The position numbers and the translations under genes are program-made. From the IMG/VR virus record IMGVR_UViG_3300027508_000039, positions 1 to 27,349 of that record: a DNA stretch of 27,349 nucleotides, one strand, 5' to 3'. This document shows, one piece after another, positions 1 to 8,843 of the stretch; the stretch's first letter is position 1; every line of letters begins with the position of its first letter. The notes beneath the pieces were generated by a model. That model did no database searches, had not been told where the DNA came from, and saw nothing but the letters and a program-made list of their open reading frames with translations. Origin of the DNA: a virus (Duplodnaviria > Caudoviricetes).

Positions 1-3000
1 TTATTGTCAGGTTCCCGCATGTGAAGATACATTGCGCCCATTAACGCAAGAACAGATGAGATGCCAGCGATTCTTTGAATAGCGCCCGACAGCGTCAAGT
101 AGACAACCAAAGACCCTGAAATTGTGAAGCCCAAATTTAAGATACCAAATGTAAACTTTTTCATAAAAAGACCCCAATCTAAAATTTTAACTCCATTATT
201 ATACCTGAAAATACTTAACTGATTTATCCACTCCACGCCATCCCAAGCAAGTTCCCCGTTCATCTCTTCTTCCTCGGGCTTACGGGCGACATTATTACCT
301 GAACTAGGTGAACCACCGGCACCGGAACCGCCACCAGAACCACCACCAGAACCACCAACAGCCCCAACAGCGCCAACTATGGCAACAGCAGCCCCAACAG
401 CAAGAACCGTTCTACGATCACCGACATCAATATTTGAACCCAAAGCAACATATGTATCAAACACACCAGCGAACACATTGATTTCTTCCTCAAAAGATTC
501 TTTAACTTCTACTGGGGCGTCCGTAAGTGCCTCGGCAATTTCAATACCCGTTTCTTCCGAGACCTCGGCAACAACGATTGCGGCAAACACTTCTGTCGCT
601 TGTTCGCCGTCAATGCTTTCAAGCACTTTGGGGCTCGTTGCCAGTTCCGTTGCTTGGTCACTAGGAATACCACCTTCCTGTTCAATTACCAATGTGACAA
701 CTTGTCCAACTTGCTCGCTCGTAATCGTGTCTGATTCCAAGACGTCCACGATGACGCCAAGCGACTCTTCGTTAAGTTCATTACCCAAGACGGCGGTAAA
801 GGTTTCAATCAAAACCTCGGTGCTTACTTCTTCGTCAAAGACTGCATCAAGTGCGGCGCCCAAATTGTCTGCGGTAAGACCGTCTTTCAATACATCAACG
901 ATAAGGTCAATGGTTTCTGCATCGGAAAGGTCATCGTCAAACACGCTGTCAAATATTGCTTCTGTTTCTGCTTGACTGAGATTTGTTTCAAGCAAGTCGT
1001 CAAGTACGGTCATAGTGTCTGCAGCGGAAATGTCCTCGTCAAATACTGCGTCCATAACTTTGTCTAGGTCGCCAGAACTAAGCGGACCATCAAAGATTGA
1101 TTCCAAAGCCGACACCATATTCTCAGCAGAAGTATCTTCTGAGAACGCTGAATCCAAAACTGCCGCCAACTGTTCGCTAGTGATGTCTGCATCCAGCATT
1201 GTTGTTAGTGCTTCGGTGAATACATCTGCCGAAACATCTTCGGTAAACACGGCTTCTAGGACATTGTCGAACTGAATGTCGGTAAGTTCTGCGCCAAGGA
1301 GCGTGTCAAGAACAGCGCCAACCTCGTCAGCCTCAATATCAGTAGTGAACGTATTTTCAAGAATATTGTCCAATATGACTGTTGTGATTGGCTCGTTGTC
1401 TTCTATATCGACGACGGTATAATCATCTGGTGGAATTATTACTACTACCGTTTCAGTTTCTGTTTCAACTGGTTCAAGTTCTATTGGGTCTACTTCAATT
1501 GGTAGTAAAGTTGTTTCTGTTGATTCCCACCCTTCTGGGATGGTTACTGTTGGCAATTCGGTTCCAGGTAATGTTTCTGTTGGAAGCGTCACCGTTGTGG
1601 ATTCTGTGTCAGGGTCTGGGTATTGCGGCAGTGGCACTGTGGGTACGGTTGGCAATACAACGGGTTCGGAGACTGTAGACGTAGTGCCAGTGTCTACTGG
1701 CGGAACATAAACAGGGGTAGCGATAGTCGTCGTAGTTGTAGTAGTCGTAGTAGTCGTAGTTACTGGAGTCGGGTCAAGAACGGTTGCATCAACAGTTACT
1801 TCAGGACCATAGGTGCAACTACCAGTTCCAACTCCAACACACCCACCCGTCATTGCTTTGATACCAAAGCGAACTGGTCCGTATCCAGTCGTGACAGGAT
1901 TACTACCAGAAAACATTCCTGTGCTTAACGAGTAGTTGGTTCCTTGATTAGTCCAAACTCCCCAACCACCTGATTGTGCTCCACCGATTACGGTGAGGTC
2001 GTAGAAACTAACCGAGTAACCGTAGATAACGCAATTGCTTGCCGCCGATGCATCCCAATCAAGGTCAACACTTCCGTCTGCGTTTGCAACAGCAGTCAAG
2101 TTTGTGACTGGATTCAGATAAGCCGCAGTGATTGTGTTATTGGACTCGACATACCCAGAGCCAGAGAAATTGTTTGTGTTTTGCGCAGTGGTGCCAAATG
2201 TGTTTCCACTGGCTGTGGAGAACGAGTTGGAACTTACTCCGTTGTACACGGAGGAGCCGTTATTCCAATTATTTGCAAACTGAATAGCAGTCGTGTTGCC
2301 GTTGAATGTGTTACCTGAAACCATTTGATTGCCAGCGCCAACTGTCCAACTTGTCGGAATCCATGACGATAAGTACACGCCAACACCGTTTGAAGTAAAT
2401 GTTGAGTTGGTTACCTGCTGACGGTTGAGCCCTCCTAGATACGCACCAAACTGCGTGTTGCCTGTGAACTGACTGTTATTTATTTTGACAAAGCGCTCGG
2501 TACGAATGCCATAAGTATTTGATGTAAATGTAGAGCCATTGACATAAATACGATTTGAGTAATCAGTATCCGTAAGGCTCAGGGCTGTAGGTGTTCCGCC
2601 GTGGTCAGAGGTAATTGCATAACCATTATTGGTGAATTGGGAATCATTGAATGTGGTTACTCCACCACCGCCTTGATAGAAAGCCCAAGATGAATGATTG
2701 GAAATCTTTATACGATTGAACGTCATTGTTCCAGAGGCGTTGTAAATCAGCCCACCGTTCCATGAAACATTTTTACCTTGCTTGAATGTGATGTCTTCAA
2801 TAACAATTGTTCTTGAGCCATTGTTGTAAATGGCTCGCCACAAATTATTGCCATCAATAATTGTCGTAGCCATTCCCGTGCCGGTGATTGTCACCCCAGC
2901 CGTAATATTGGGCAAGTCGGAAGTAAGGGTGATTGTCCCTTCTGTGGTGATGTCAATGGCATCGTAAATCCCACCAGCATTTGCGTTGGCTTGATTGATT

Positions 3001-4085
3001 GCCCAGCGAAGAGTTCCGCTTGAACCATCATCTAAGAGGCTTGTAACTTCAAGCGATGTTGAGGCAGGAATCGTAGTGGTCGTAGTCGTAGTCGTAGTTG
3101 TGGTAGTTGTACTACTGGTAGTAGTGGTTTGAGCAACAGTGGTTGTGGTTGTAGTGGTAGGGGGAACGGTTGGGGCAGTTTCACTATTTGATGCAACTCC
3201 ACCAAATGATGTACAGGTACTAGAAATGCAACGGTTTGTTGAACCAGCCTCACTATCAACCATCAGCGCTGGAGGCAAACCTGTGTCGTCAAGGTTGAAC
3301 GAAGCAAAACCAAGTTTATAAGTACCGCTTATAGAAACTTGATATGTTGAAGTTTGCCAACCCGTAGAGCCATAAGAATTCGTTGAATAGTCGCCAGTTC
3401 CAGGATTAGTAAATCCAAGAAGTGCGTATTGCTTGACATAGTTGTTTACCGTTACTACTGGAGTGCCAGTAACAGTCACGGGAACGAGTGAAGTTATGGA
3501 GCCATCATTGTAAGGAACATAGTCGGTTCCGACATAGTTCCACGCCATTGTGTAGGTCGTGCCTGCCGTCAGTTGCACCTCACGAGTTATCCATGCCGCG
3601 TCCGTCGGTGTACCTCCGCCATTGCCTGATGCTTGCGCCTGCGATGTAAGCATGTTTTTAATTTCTGTCACTGAGCCAGCCGAAAGGCTCAAAGCACTTG
3701 AGGCTTGGTCAAAAGTCTGTTCACCTTTGGGTTGAAGCAGAACAGCGTTTGTTCCGTTGTTGGGTGAGAATGTCCAACTTCCAGAAGCAACTGCTGGTGC
3801 GTAATACTCGCTAGACGGGCTTCCAACAGCACCCCTAGAACCGTGAGTGAAAGTCCGAGAACCAGTAAATATAGTTACTCCACTACCGTTACCAGTAATG
3901 GTGTTGCCCAATGTTCCAGACTGTGATCCTTTTGACCAGCCTGTGAAAGTTCCATCCTCAAAACCTGCATCAGGGAAAGAATCAGCCCGTGCAGTATCGG
4001 GCAAAGGGACAAAAAGGGCGAGCAGGAGTAGAGGCACAACGAGCGCCGATACGCGCTTAAAGATTGAATACGACCGTTGAAGCAA
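1..4085 (-). CDS. Large secreted/membrane-anchored multidomain surface protein (~1360 aa, 3'-truncated by window edge; absent from ORF track)
   Basis: Translated by hand; the frame is open from TTG at 4085 to position 3, with an in-frame TAA just upstream at 4109-4107. N-terminus MLQRSYSIFKRVSALVVPLLLLALFVPLPDTARA|DSF is a Sec signal peptide with an A-x-A site. It is followed by a GFEDGTFTGW beta-sandwich-like domain, a Thr-rich linker, a CSLREA-like cap (VTSLLDDGSSGTLRWAINQAN), beta-helix-like FTxN repeats, an FN3-like domain (PVTNLTAVANADGSVDLDW), a Thr/Pro/Glu linker, acidic helical repeats, a hydrophobic segment (VLAVGAAVAIVGAVGAV), a Gly/Ser linker and two C-terminal TM-like helices. Confidence 0.9.
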   Translation of the reverse strand, partial: MLQRSYSIFKRVSALVVPLLLLALFVPLPDTARADSFPDAGFEDGTFTGWSKGSQSGTLGNTITGNGSGVTIFTGSRTFTHGSRGAVGSPSSEYYAPAVASGSWTFSPNNGTNAVLLQPKGEQTFDQASSALSLSAGSVTEIKNMLTSQAQASGNGGGTPTDAAWITREVQLTAGTTYTMAWNYVGTDYVPYNDGSITSLVPVTVTGTPVVTVNNYVKQYALLGFTNPGTGDYSTNSYGSTGWQTSTYQVSISGTYKLGFASFNLDDTGLPPALMVDSEAGSTNRCISSTCTSFGGVASNSETAPTVPPTTTTTTTVAQTTTTSSTTTTTTTTTTTTTIPASTSLEVTSLLDDGSSGTLRWAINQANANAGGIYDAIDITTEGTITLTSDLPNITAGVTITGTGMATTIIDGNNLWRAIYNNGSRTIVIEDITFKQGKNVSWNGGLIYNASGTMTFNRIKISNHSSWAFYQGGGGVTTFNDSQFTNNGYAITSDHGGTPTALSLTDTDYSNRIYVNGSTFTSNTYGIRTERFVKINNSQFTGNTQFGAYLGGLNRQQVTNSTFTSNGVGVYLSSWIPTSWTVGAGNQMVSGNTFNGNTTAIQFANNWNNGSSVYNGVSSNSFSTASGNTFGTTAQNTNNFSGSGYVESNNTITAAYLNPVTNLTAVANADGSVDLDWDASAASNCVIYGYSVSFYDLTVIGGAQSGGWGVWTNQGTNYSLSTGMFSGSNPVTTGYGPVRFGIKAMTGGCVGVGTGSCTYGPEVTVDATVLDPTPVTTTTTTTTTTTTIATPVYVPPVDTGTTSTVSEPVVLPTVPTVPLPQYPDPDTESTTVTLPTETLPGTELPTVTIPEGWESTETTLLPIEVDPIELEPVETETETVVVIIPPDDYTVVDIEDNEPITTVILDNILENTFTTDIEADEVGAVLDTLLGAELTDIQFDNVLEAVFTEDVSADVFTEALTTMLDADITSEQLAAVLDSAFSEDTSAENMVSALESIFDGPLSSGDLDKVMDAVFDEDISAADTMTVLDDLLETNLSQAETEAIFDSVFDDDLSDAETIDLIVDVLKDGLTADNLGAALDAVFDEEVSTEVLIETFTAVLGNELNEESLGVIVDVLESDTITSEQVGQVVTLVIEQEGGIPSDQATELATSPKVLESIDGEQATEVFAAIVVAEVSEETGIEIAEALTDAPVEVKESFEEEINVFAGVFDTYVALGSNIDVGDRRTVLAVGAAVAIVGAVGAVGGSGGGSGGGSGAGGSPSSGNNVARKPEEEEMNGELAWDGVEWINQLSIFRYNNGVKILDWGLFMKKFTFGILNLGFTISGSLVVYLTLSGAIQRIAGISSVLALMGAMYLHMREPDN
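1725..1760 (-). repeat. Poly-Thr linker (12 ACN codons) in the surface protein
   Basis: Plus-strand ngt triplets in the frame of the large minus-strand ORF. Confidence 0.85.
3072..3158 (-). repeat. Thr-rich linker (T7-VAQ-T4-SS-T13)
   Basis: Read directly from the minus-strand translation. Confidence 0.85.
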
Positions 4086-4103
4086 TGAAGAACCCCGACG
4101 ATA

Positions 4104-4114
4104 ATTTTACAACA
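4104..4114 (-). promoter_or_regulatory. Putative -10 promoter for the surface protein gene
   Basis: TGTTG-TAAAAT on the minus strand, 18 nt upstream of the TTG start. A GGGG SD-like sequence lies between them. Confidence 0.5.
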
Positions 4115-4143
4115 TTTGATCCTCAATAAAAAATACCCATTTT

Positions 4144-4154
4144 TGATGTATAAT
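4144..4154 (+). promoter_or_regulatory. Putative -10 promoter (divergent) for the 4189 operon
   Basis: TGATG-TATAAT is a perfect -10 in an AT-rich intergenic region. A GAGG RBS lies at 4180-4183. Confidence 0.6.
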
Positions 4155-4188
4155 CTAAATAACTTTCAAGAAAGCAACAGAGGTTTAA

Positions 4189-5139
4189 ATGGCTGGTGCA
4201 GGCGTTCGCTTGTTTTCCGCTGGTAGCCAAGTATTGGCATCGCAGGTAAACACTTATTTGATGGATCAGGTTGTCGCTTATTTTGCGGACAGCGCTGCCC
4301 GTGATGCATCATTTGGCGGTGTTGGCGAGCCGACTTTGAGCCCAGGTCGTGTTTGCTACTTATTTTCCGACAACAAACTGTACCTATATGGGAACGATAA
4401 TGCGTGGGCAGAAATCGGCGCACAGTTGGATGACAGCGAAGTAACCACAGCAAAGATTAATAACCTTGCCGTAACTGAAGCAAAACTAGCGGACAACTCT
4501 GTTACTAGCGCAAAAATTGTTGACGGAACTATTGTTAACGCAGATATCAACGCTTCTGCGGCGATAGCGCTATCAAAACTTGCTAGTGGCACAGCGGCTC
4601 AGGTGGTTGTCCATAACAGTTCTGGCGTTCCAACCGCAACGACCGTAACGGGAGATGTCACGATCTCTTCCTCTGGTGTGACTGCTATAAGTTCTGGTGT
4701 AATAGTTGACGCTGATGTTAATGCTTCCGCCGCTATTGCTTATTCAAAACTCAACCTCGCTGGTTCTATCACGAATAGTGACATTTCAACTACAGCCGCA
4801 ATTTCTCTCACCAAGGTTGCTGACGTAACAATATCCACAAAAACAAGCACCCCATATGTGATAGCGTTAGGCGACAAAAACTCGTTGATTGAAATGAACC
4901 TCGCAGGAGCGAATGTGGTGAACGTCCCAACAAACGCATCTACACCTTTCCCGATAGGAACAGTAATTAATATTGTTCAATATGGTGCAGGAAAAACACA
5001 GGTAGTTGCTAGTACTCCGGGTACTACATCTGTTCGTGCTACACCGGGCAACTTCTTGCGGGATCGGTACGCAACCGCTGCGCTTATCAAGCGAGGCACA
5101 GACGAGTGGTATCTGATAGGTGACTTGAGCGAAACGTGA
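4189..5139 (+). CDS. Phage minor tail/fibre protein with C-terminal 'GDL' domain
   Basis: N-terminus AGAGVRLFSAGSQVLASQVNTYLM...AARD resembles actinophage minor tail proteins. It carries VTxAKI/L and IVNADINASAAI fibre repeats. The C-terminal domain (YVIALGDKN...FPIGTVINIVQYGAG...LIKRGTDEWYLIGDLS) is shared with 18975 and 21821. Confidence 0.8.
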   Translation: MAGAGVRLFSAGSQVLASQVNTYLMDQVVAYFADSAARDASFGGVGEPTLSPGRVCYLFSDNKLYLYGNDNAWAEIGAQLDDSEVTTAKINNLAVTEAKLADNSVTSAKIVDGTIVNADINASAAIALSKLASGTAAQVVVHNSSGVPTATTVTGDVTISSSGVTAISSGVIVDADVNASAAIAYSKLNLAGSITNSDISTTAAISLTKVADVTISTKTSTPYVIALGDKNSLIEMNLAGANVVNVPTNASTPFPIGTVINIVQYGAGKTQVVASTPGTTSVRATPGNFLRDRYATAALIKRGTDEWYLIGDLSET

Positions 5140-5783
5140 TAAACCAATTCGGCAATATTGCTGGTGGCGGAAAATTTGTTACATCTCCAACTAGCGTTTC
5201 GGCGACAGCAAGTGGTGCTGTGGTCAATGTGACCTTCGTTGCGGCAACTTATGATGGTAAAGAAATAGCCACATATACGGTCACTTCAAGTCCGGGCAAC
5301 ATAACAGCCTCAGGTTCATCATCTCCGATAACCGTAAATGGTCTTACTGCCAATACTGCCTACACCTTCACTGTTACCACCGACAGCACTTATGGTGTCA
5401 CGCAAACTTCTTCACCTTCAAACTCTGCTACCCCACCATATTTCCCACCGTACTTTCCACCGTTTTTTCCTCCTTTTTTCCCGCCGTTCTTCCCGCCGTT
5501 CTTCCCGCCGTTTTTTCCTCCCTTCTTCCCGCCCTTCTTCCCGCCGTTCTTCCCGCCCTATTTCCCACCATGTTTTGCCGGTTCATGCGGTTCATGTTCC
5601 CCGTCATCATCAAATGGAACGGGAGCGCTTATCGGGTGCCAAATGCCGGGCTGTCAGACGGGTTGCCGTTACTACACAACCACAACAACATGTGGTTGTA
5701 CGGGGTGCACCAATGCCTGTGGTGTTCCTGGGTCGGTATCCTCTGGATGTTCAACATCCAATACTGGTTCGGTGTGTGTATAG
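5136..5783 (+). CDS. FN3-like domain + (PP[F/Y]F)12 tract + Cys-rich C-terminal domain; putative fibre tip/adhesin
   Basis: GTGA overlap with the upstream fibre gene. FN3 signature YTVTSSPG...ITVNGLTANTAYTFTVT; 12 Cys in the last 70 aa. Confidence 0.85.
   Translation: MINQFGNIAGGGKFVTSPTSVSATASGAVVNVTFVAATYDGKEIATYTVTSSPGNITASGSSSPITVNGLTANTAYTFTVTTDSTYGVTQTSSPSNSATPPYFPPYFPPFFPPFFPPFFPPFFPPFFPPFFPPFFPPFFPPYFPPCFAGSCGSCSPSSSNGTGALIGCQMPGCQTGCRYYTTTTTCGCTGCTNACGVPGSVSSGCSTSNTGSVCV
5433..5576 (+). repeat. Coding 12-nt tandem repeat x12 (PPYF x2, PPFF x8, PPYF, PPCF)
   Basis: Units of the form CCN-CCN-TWY-TTY counted directly, with heavy synonymous variation. Confidence 0.95.
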
Positions 5784-5797
5784 CCAATAACCGTATA

Positions 5798-5806
5798 TGC
5801 TATTGT
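5798..5806 (+). promoter_or_regulatory. Putative extended -10 promoter
   Basis: TGcTATTGT upstream of the AAGGA RBS of the 5834 gene. Confidence 0.5.
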
Positions 5807-5833
5807 GACTATTAACAGAGAAAAGGACACCAC

Positions 5834-6091
5834 ATGTCAGACGAAACCCCAACACCACCAGTATTCACGGCACCAGTAAACCATACACATTACGCTTTCG
5901 TCGTAGATGGTGATTTGGGCTGGCTTCACTCAATAGACAACAACCTTGAAGGTGCAAACGCTGTATTCAAGTCTGCCCCAACGATCGTTGAAATTTCAGA
6001 AGAACAGTTCCTCAATTTCCTAAACGGAGCGATCCCGCCGTACGGCAATTACAAGTGGGACGGCACGAACTGGTCGCTCGCCACAGAATAA
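5834..6091 (+). CDS. Small hypothetical protein, possible fibre-assembly chaperone/accessory
   Basis: Good RBS. YAFVVDG...YKWDGTNW pattern is typical of small proteins that follow phage fibre genes. Confidence 0.65.
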   Translation: MSDETPTPPVFTAPVNHTHYAFVVDGDLGWLHSIDNNLEGANAVFKSAPTIVEISEEQFLNFLNGAIPPYGNYKWDGTNWSLATE

Positions 6092-6318
6092 TGAGCGCAT
6101 GGCAGGAATATAAAAAGAAAATGGGAACAACAACCCCATTAACCGCGCTCAACCCTGATAACTACAATTTTGACGAAACCGTATCCAACAAGCGATACGA
6201 GATATGTGAATCATGTCCTAGGTTTTTCAAACTGACCAAACAATGCAAAGAGTGTGGTTGCTTCATGGCTATAAAGACAAAACTCCGAGAGGCAGAGTGT
6301 CCTTTAGGCAAGTGGTAA
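6091..6318 (+). CDS. Small Cys-rich metal-binding protein (DUF6171-like)
   Basis: Start moved to ATG 6091 (TAATG overlap). Motif RYEICESC...CKECGCFM...CPLGKW. Confidence 0.75.
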   Translation: MSAWQEYKKKMGTTTPLTALNPDNYNFDETVSNKRYEICESCPRFFKLTKQCKECGCFMAIKTKLREAECPLGKW

Positions 6319-6324
6319 TTGGGG

Positions 6325-6330
6325 TAGTGT
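6325..6330 (+). promoter_or_regulatory. Putative leaderless -10 promoter
   Basis: TAGTGT lies 6 nt before ATG 6337. Confidence 0.5.
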
Positions 6331-6336
6331 TTATAC

Positions 6337-7038
6337 ATGGCTTACCTCGGGCATGAACACATTTATACTTTTGATGATTTCATCACAGAGGAAGACGCCT
6401 CAGAATTAATCAGATTCCACGATGACGAGTTTCAGTGGGATAGCAGTATGTCTTGGGTTGCCCCATTGGAACAATTCAATGTTGGATCCGTTGTCCTCAC
6501 AGGCGCATATGGGGAAGAGGTAAAAAGAAGGCAAAGCGAATGGAGCCCCACTTCAACGCACCCATTAAGCGCTGTTTATGGCGAAAAAATCATGAAGATA
6601 GCCTCACAGACATTTGGTAGAACTTTAGTTCACAGGCTTATCCCTTACTACAAGAAATTTCTAGTTGGTTCAGATCATGATCCACATGCTGACAGTGAAG
6701 CGATGGACAAAGGCGTTGTTGACTTCATGCCACGGTATAGTCCAAGCGAATTCAATACACCTGTCCTCATTGAGGTTGCCGCAAACCTCTATCTCAATGA
6801 TGAATTTGAAGGTGGAGAACTTTATTTCCCCACTCGCGATTTGGTGATTAAACCAAAAGCAAGACAACTGATTCTTTTCCCCGGCGGGCACGAGTACATT
6901 CACGGAGTCAAAACAATAACTAGTGGAGATAGATGTGTTTTGTTCAGTCCGCTAACAAGCCCGCAACGCCTACTTCTACACATGCACGCCTACAACACAT
7001 GGCAGGAACTAGAGAAGGTAAAAAATGAGCGACAATGA
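6337..7038 (+). CDS. 2OG-Fe(II) oxygenase, prolyl 4-hydroxylase-like
   Basis: PHAD (HxD); YLNDEFEGGELYFP; HGVKTITSGDR (distal His and 2OG-binding Arg). Confidence 0.92.
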   Translation: MAYLGHEHIYTFDDFITEEDASELIRFHDDEFQWDSSMSWVAPLEQFNVGSVVLTGAYGEEVKRRQSEWSPTSTHPLSAVYGEKIMKIASQTFGRTLVHRLIPYYKKFLVGSDHDPHADSEAMDKGVVDFMPRYSPSEFNTPVLIEVAANLYLNDEFEGGELYFPTRDLVIKPKARQLILFPGGHEYIHGVKTITSGDRCVLFSPLTSPQRLLLHMHAYNTWQELEKVKNERQ

Positions 7039-8086
7039 TTTGTTTAACGGCACCACGCCCGAAATAGACAAGCCAACTATCAAAGAGATCATGGATACAC
7101 CCATGGAAAGTTTGGGTGGAGGGGTCGTACGATTCCCCGGCGTAGTTAAAATTGACCGAGAAAAAGTAAGCAAATGGTGCGACGCCAATGCAAAAAAAGC
7201 CCACGAGCAAAGATGGACTTACCACAAAGACAACGATGGCGTCACCTATGCGACCAACGAAGATGGGAACAAATTTTCCCTTGAACAGATTGAAGAAGTT
7301 CCTGTTCGTCTTTTAAACCCAGTAGAACAAGACACAGATCCTGAAATGGTAGAAATTTTCAAGCATTGGGAAGACGAAATTTATAAATGCCTAATCAAAT
7401 ACATTGATGAATACCCAATGGTTCTTGGAACCTTGTGGTGGAGAAGCCGTGGTCACTTAATGCGATACGACGAAGGAGACTACCTAGGTATTCACAATGA
7501 CAACGATTCAAACTTCCGCTCCACCAAAGGCAAGCGATATGTCCCAACTGGTCAGATGCAGATGCGTCAAGTTGTTGCAATCATGCTGTACCCAAATGAC
7601 TGCGTTAATACAGAAGAAGAGTACGACGGAACGAACTATGTTGGCGGGAACTTATTCTTCCCATACTTGGGTATAGAAACCACACCAAAACAGGGAGATA
7701 TTTTTATCTTCCCAACAAACTATATGGCTACCCATGGTGTGAAAACAGTTACCAAGGGGCACAGATACGGATATCTAGAGTTTTGGTCTCAAGGTAATTC
7801 CGACGAAAGTGTTTTGATTAGCGTTGCAGAGCCTGCTGATTGTGATGGTTGGTGCCGACCGCATTGGATTGACAGCCTGTACGACGACTACAACAAGTAT
7901 TGTTTGTACTCAGAGTATTTAAATCCTGAGAAAGTTGATCGCGCAAACCCTGTTTATCAGAACCGAACCCTTGAAGGCAACGAGGGGCAAATGCAACCGT
8001 ATTCTCATCACAGGGTTTTTGAAGATAACAAAGACAGAGGGAAAATAAATCCAGATGTTCTCATGCCCAACATTCAAGAAAGTTGA
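7025..8086 (+). CDS. 2OG-Fe(II) oxygenase, P4H-like ('LGGG/WWR' paralogue group)
   Basis: HND; YVGGNLFFP; THGVKTVTKGHRY. Confidence 0.9.
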   Translation: MSDNDLFNGTTPEIDKPTIKEIMDTPMESLGGGVVRFPGVVKIDREKVSKWCDANAKKAHEQRWTYHKDNDGVTYATNEDGNKFSLEQIEEVPVRLLNPVEQDTDPEMVEIFKHWEDEIYKCLIKYIDEYPMVLGTLWWRSRGHLMRYDEGDYLGIHNDNDSNFRSTKGKRYVPTGQMQMRQVVAIMLYPNDCVNTEEEYDGTNYVGGNLFFPYLGIETTPKQGDIFIFPTNYMATHGVKTVTKGHRYGYLEFWSQGNSDESVLISVAEPADCDGWCRPHWIDSLYDDYNKYCLYSEYLNPEKVDRANPVYQNRTLEGNEGQMQPYSHHRVFEDNKDRGKINPDVLMPNIQES

Positions 8087-8843
8087 GTTCATTGATCTAT
8101 TAGTGAATGCCTCGTATTATGGGCATCTTCTCAATGTTTATGGCGCTGTAGGTTTTAAGAAAATAAATGTTACTCCAGCACAACAGCAAGAACTATGTAG
8201 GCTTCTAGGTGATTTTGTTAATTGGATACCGAATTCCAAACATCCGACTCCAACAGTTGAACAGTACATCCAAACTTTTGAATTAGAACTCCAAAGTAAA
8301 AAGCCTAGACAAAAATTCTTGACAGAATTAAGCATGGACATAACAAGCCAGCCACCACCCGTCGGTTCAATCCTGAACAACACTGTTTTTCAGTGCAGTA
8401 AAAAATCGGGATCAACAGTCCTTATTGATATGAGAAAAGTGTTTAGCCTCCTCAGGGAAGAGTGGCAAGATTTTATTAGTAAAATTGCTTGGCTTGATTC
8501 GGAAACAGGGATTTCGCGTCTGATGGTTGAAAAACATAGGAGCACTAATCAAAAGATACTAATATTTTCTACAGAATTTGCATTAGAATTAGAACAAGAT
8601 TCAAGGTATAGATTTTTCTCAGACGGTGAAGAAATTAATCAGGAACAGAAAAAAATATTAAAAGAAATATTTGAAGAAATACTTGACATTATCCATATAT
8701 GCAATCTGAACATCCTAGAAGAATGGAAATGGGACGAAAAAGACTTACTGATAATTGATGACAGTTGCATGATGCAAGCAACAAAAGGTGGATTCAAGTA
8801 TGGCTCACGAATAATGATCCACCAAAAATGTTCGGCTAACTAG
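8055..8843 (+). CDS. TauD/TfdA-fold dioxygenase-like protein, apparently catalytically degenerate
   Basis: YGAVGFK...TPAQQ, GSTVLIDM and WKWDEKDLLIIDDSCMMQ match the TauD layout, but the HxD position reads SMD and the distal His position reads Q. Confidence 0.7.
   Translation: MFSCPTFKKVEFIDLLVNASYYGHLLNVYGAVGFKKINVTPAQQQELCRLLGDFVNWIPNSKHPTPTVEQYIQTFELELQSKKPRQKFLTELSMDITSQPPPVGSILNNTVFQCSKKSGSTVLIDMRKVFSLLREEWQDFISKIAWLDSETGISRLMVEKHRSTNQKILIFSTEFALELEQDSRYRFFSDGEEINQEQKKILKEIFEEILDIIHICNLNILEEWKWDEKDLLIIDDSCMMQATKGGFKYGSRIMIHQKCSAN

Noticed and set aside
379-4126. Short track ORFs in this interval (379-975, 1015-1275, 1388-1678, 3032-3259 and others)
   Set aside because: They are antisense or off-frame shadows of the single large minus-strand gene.
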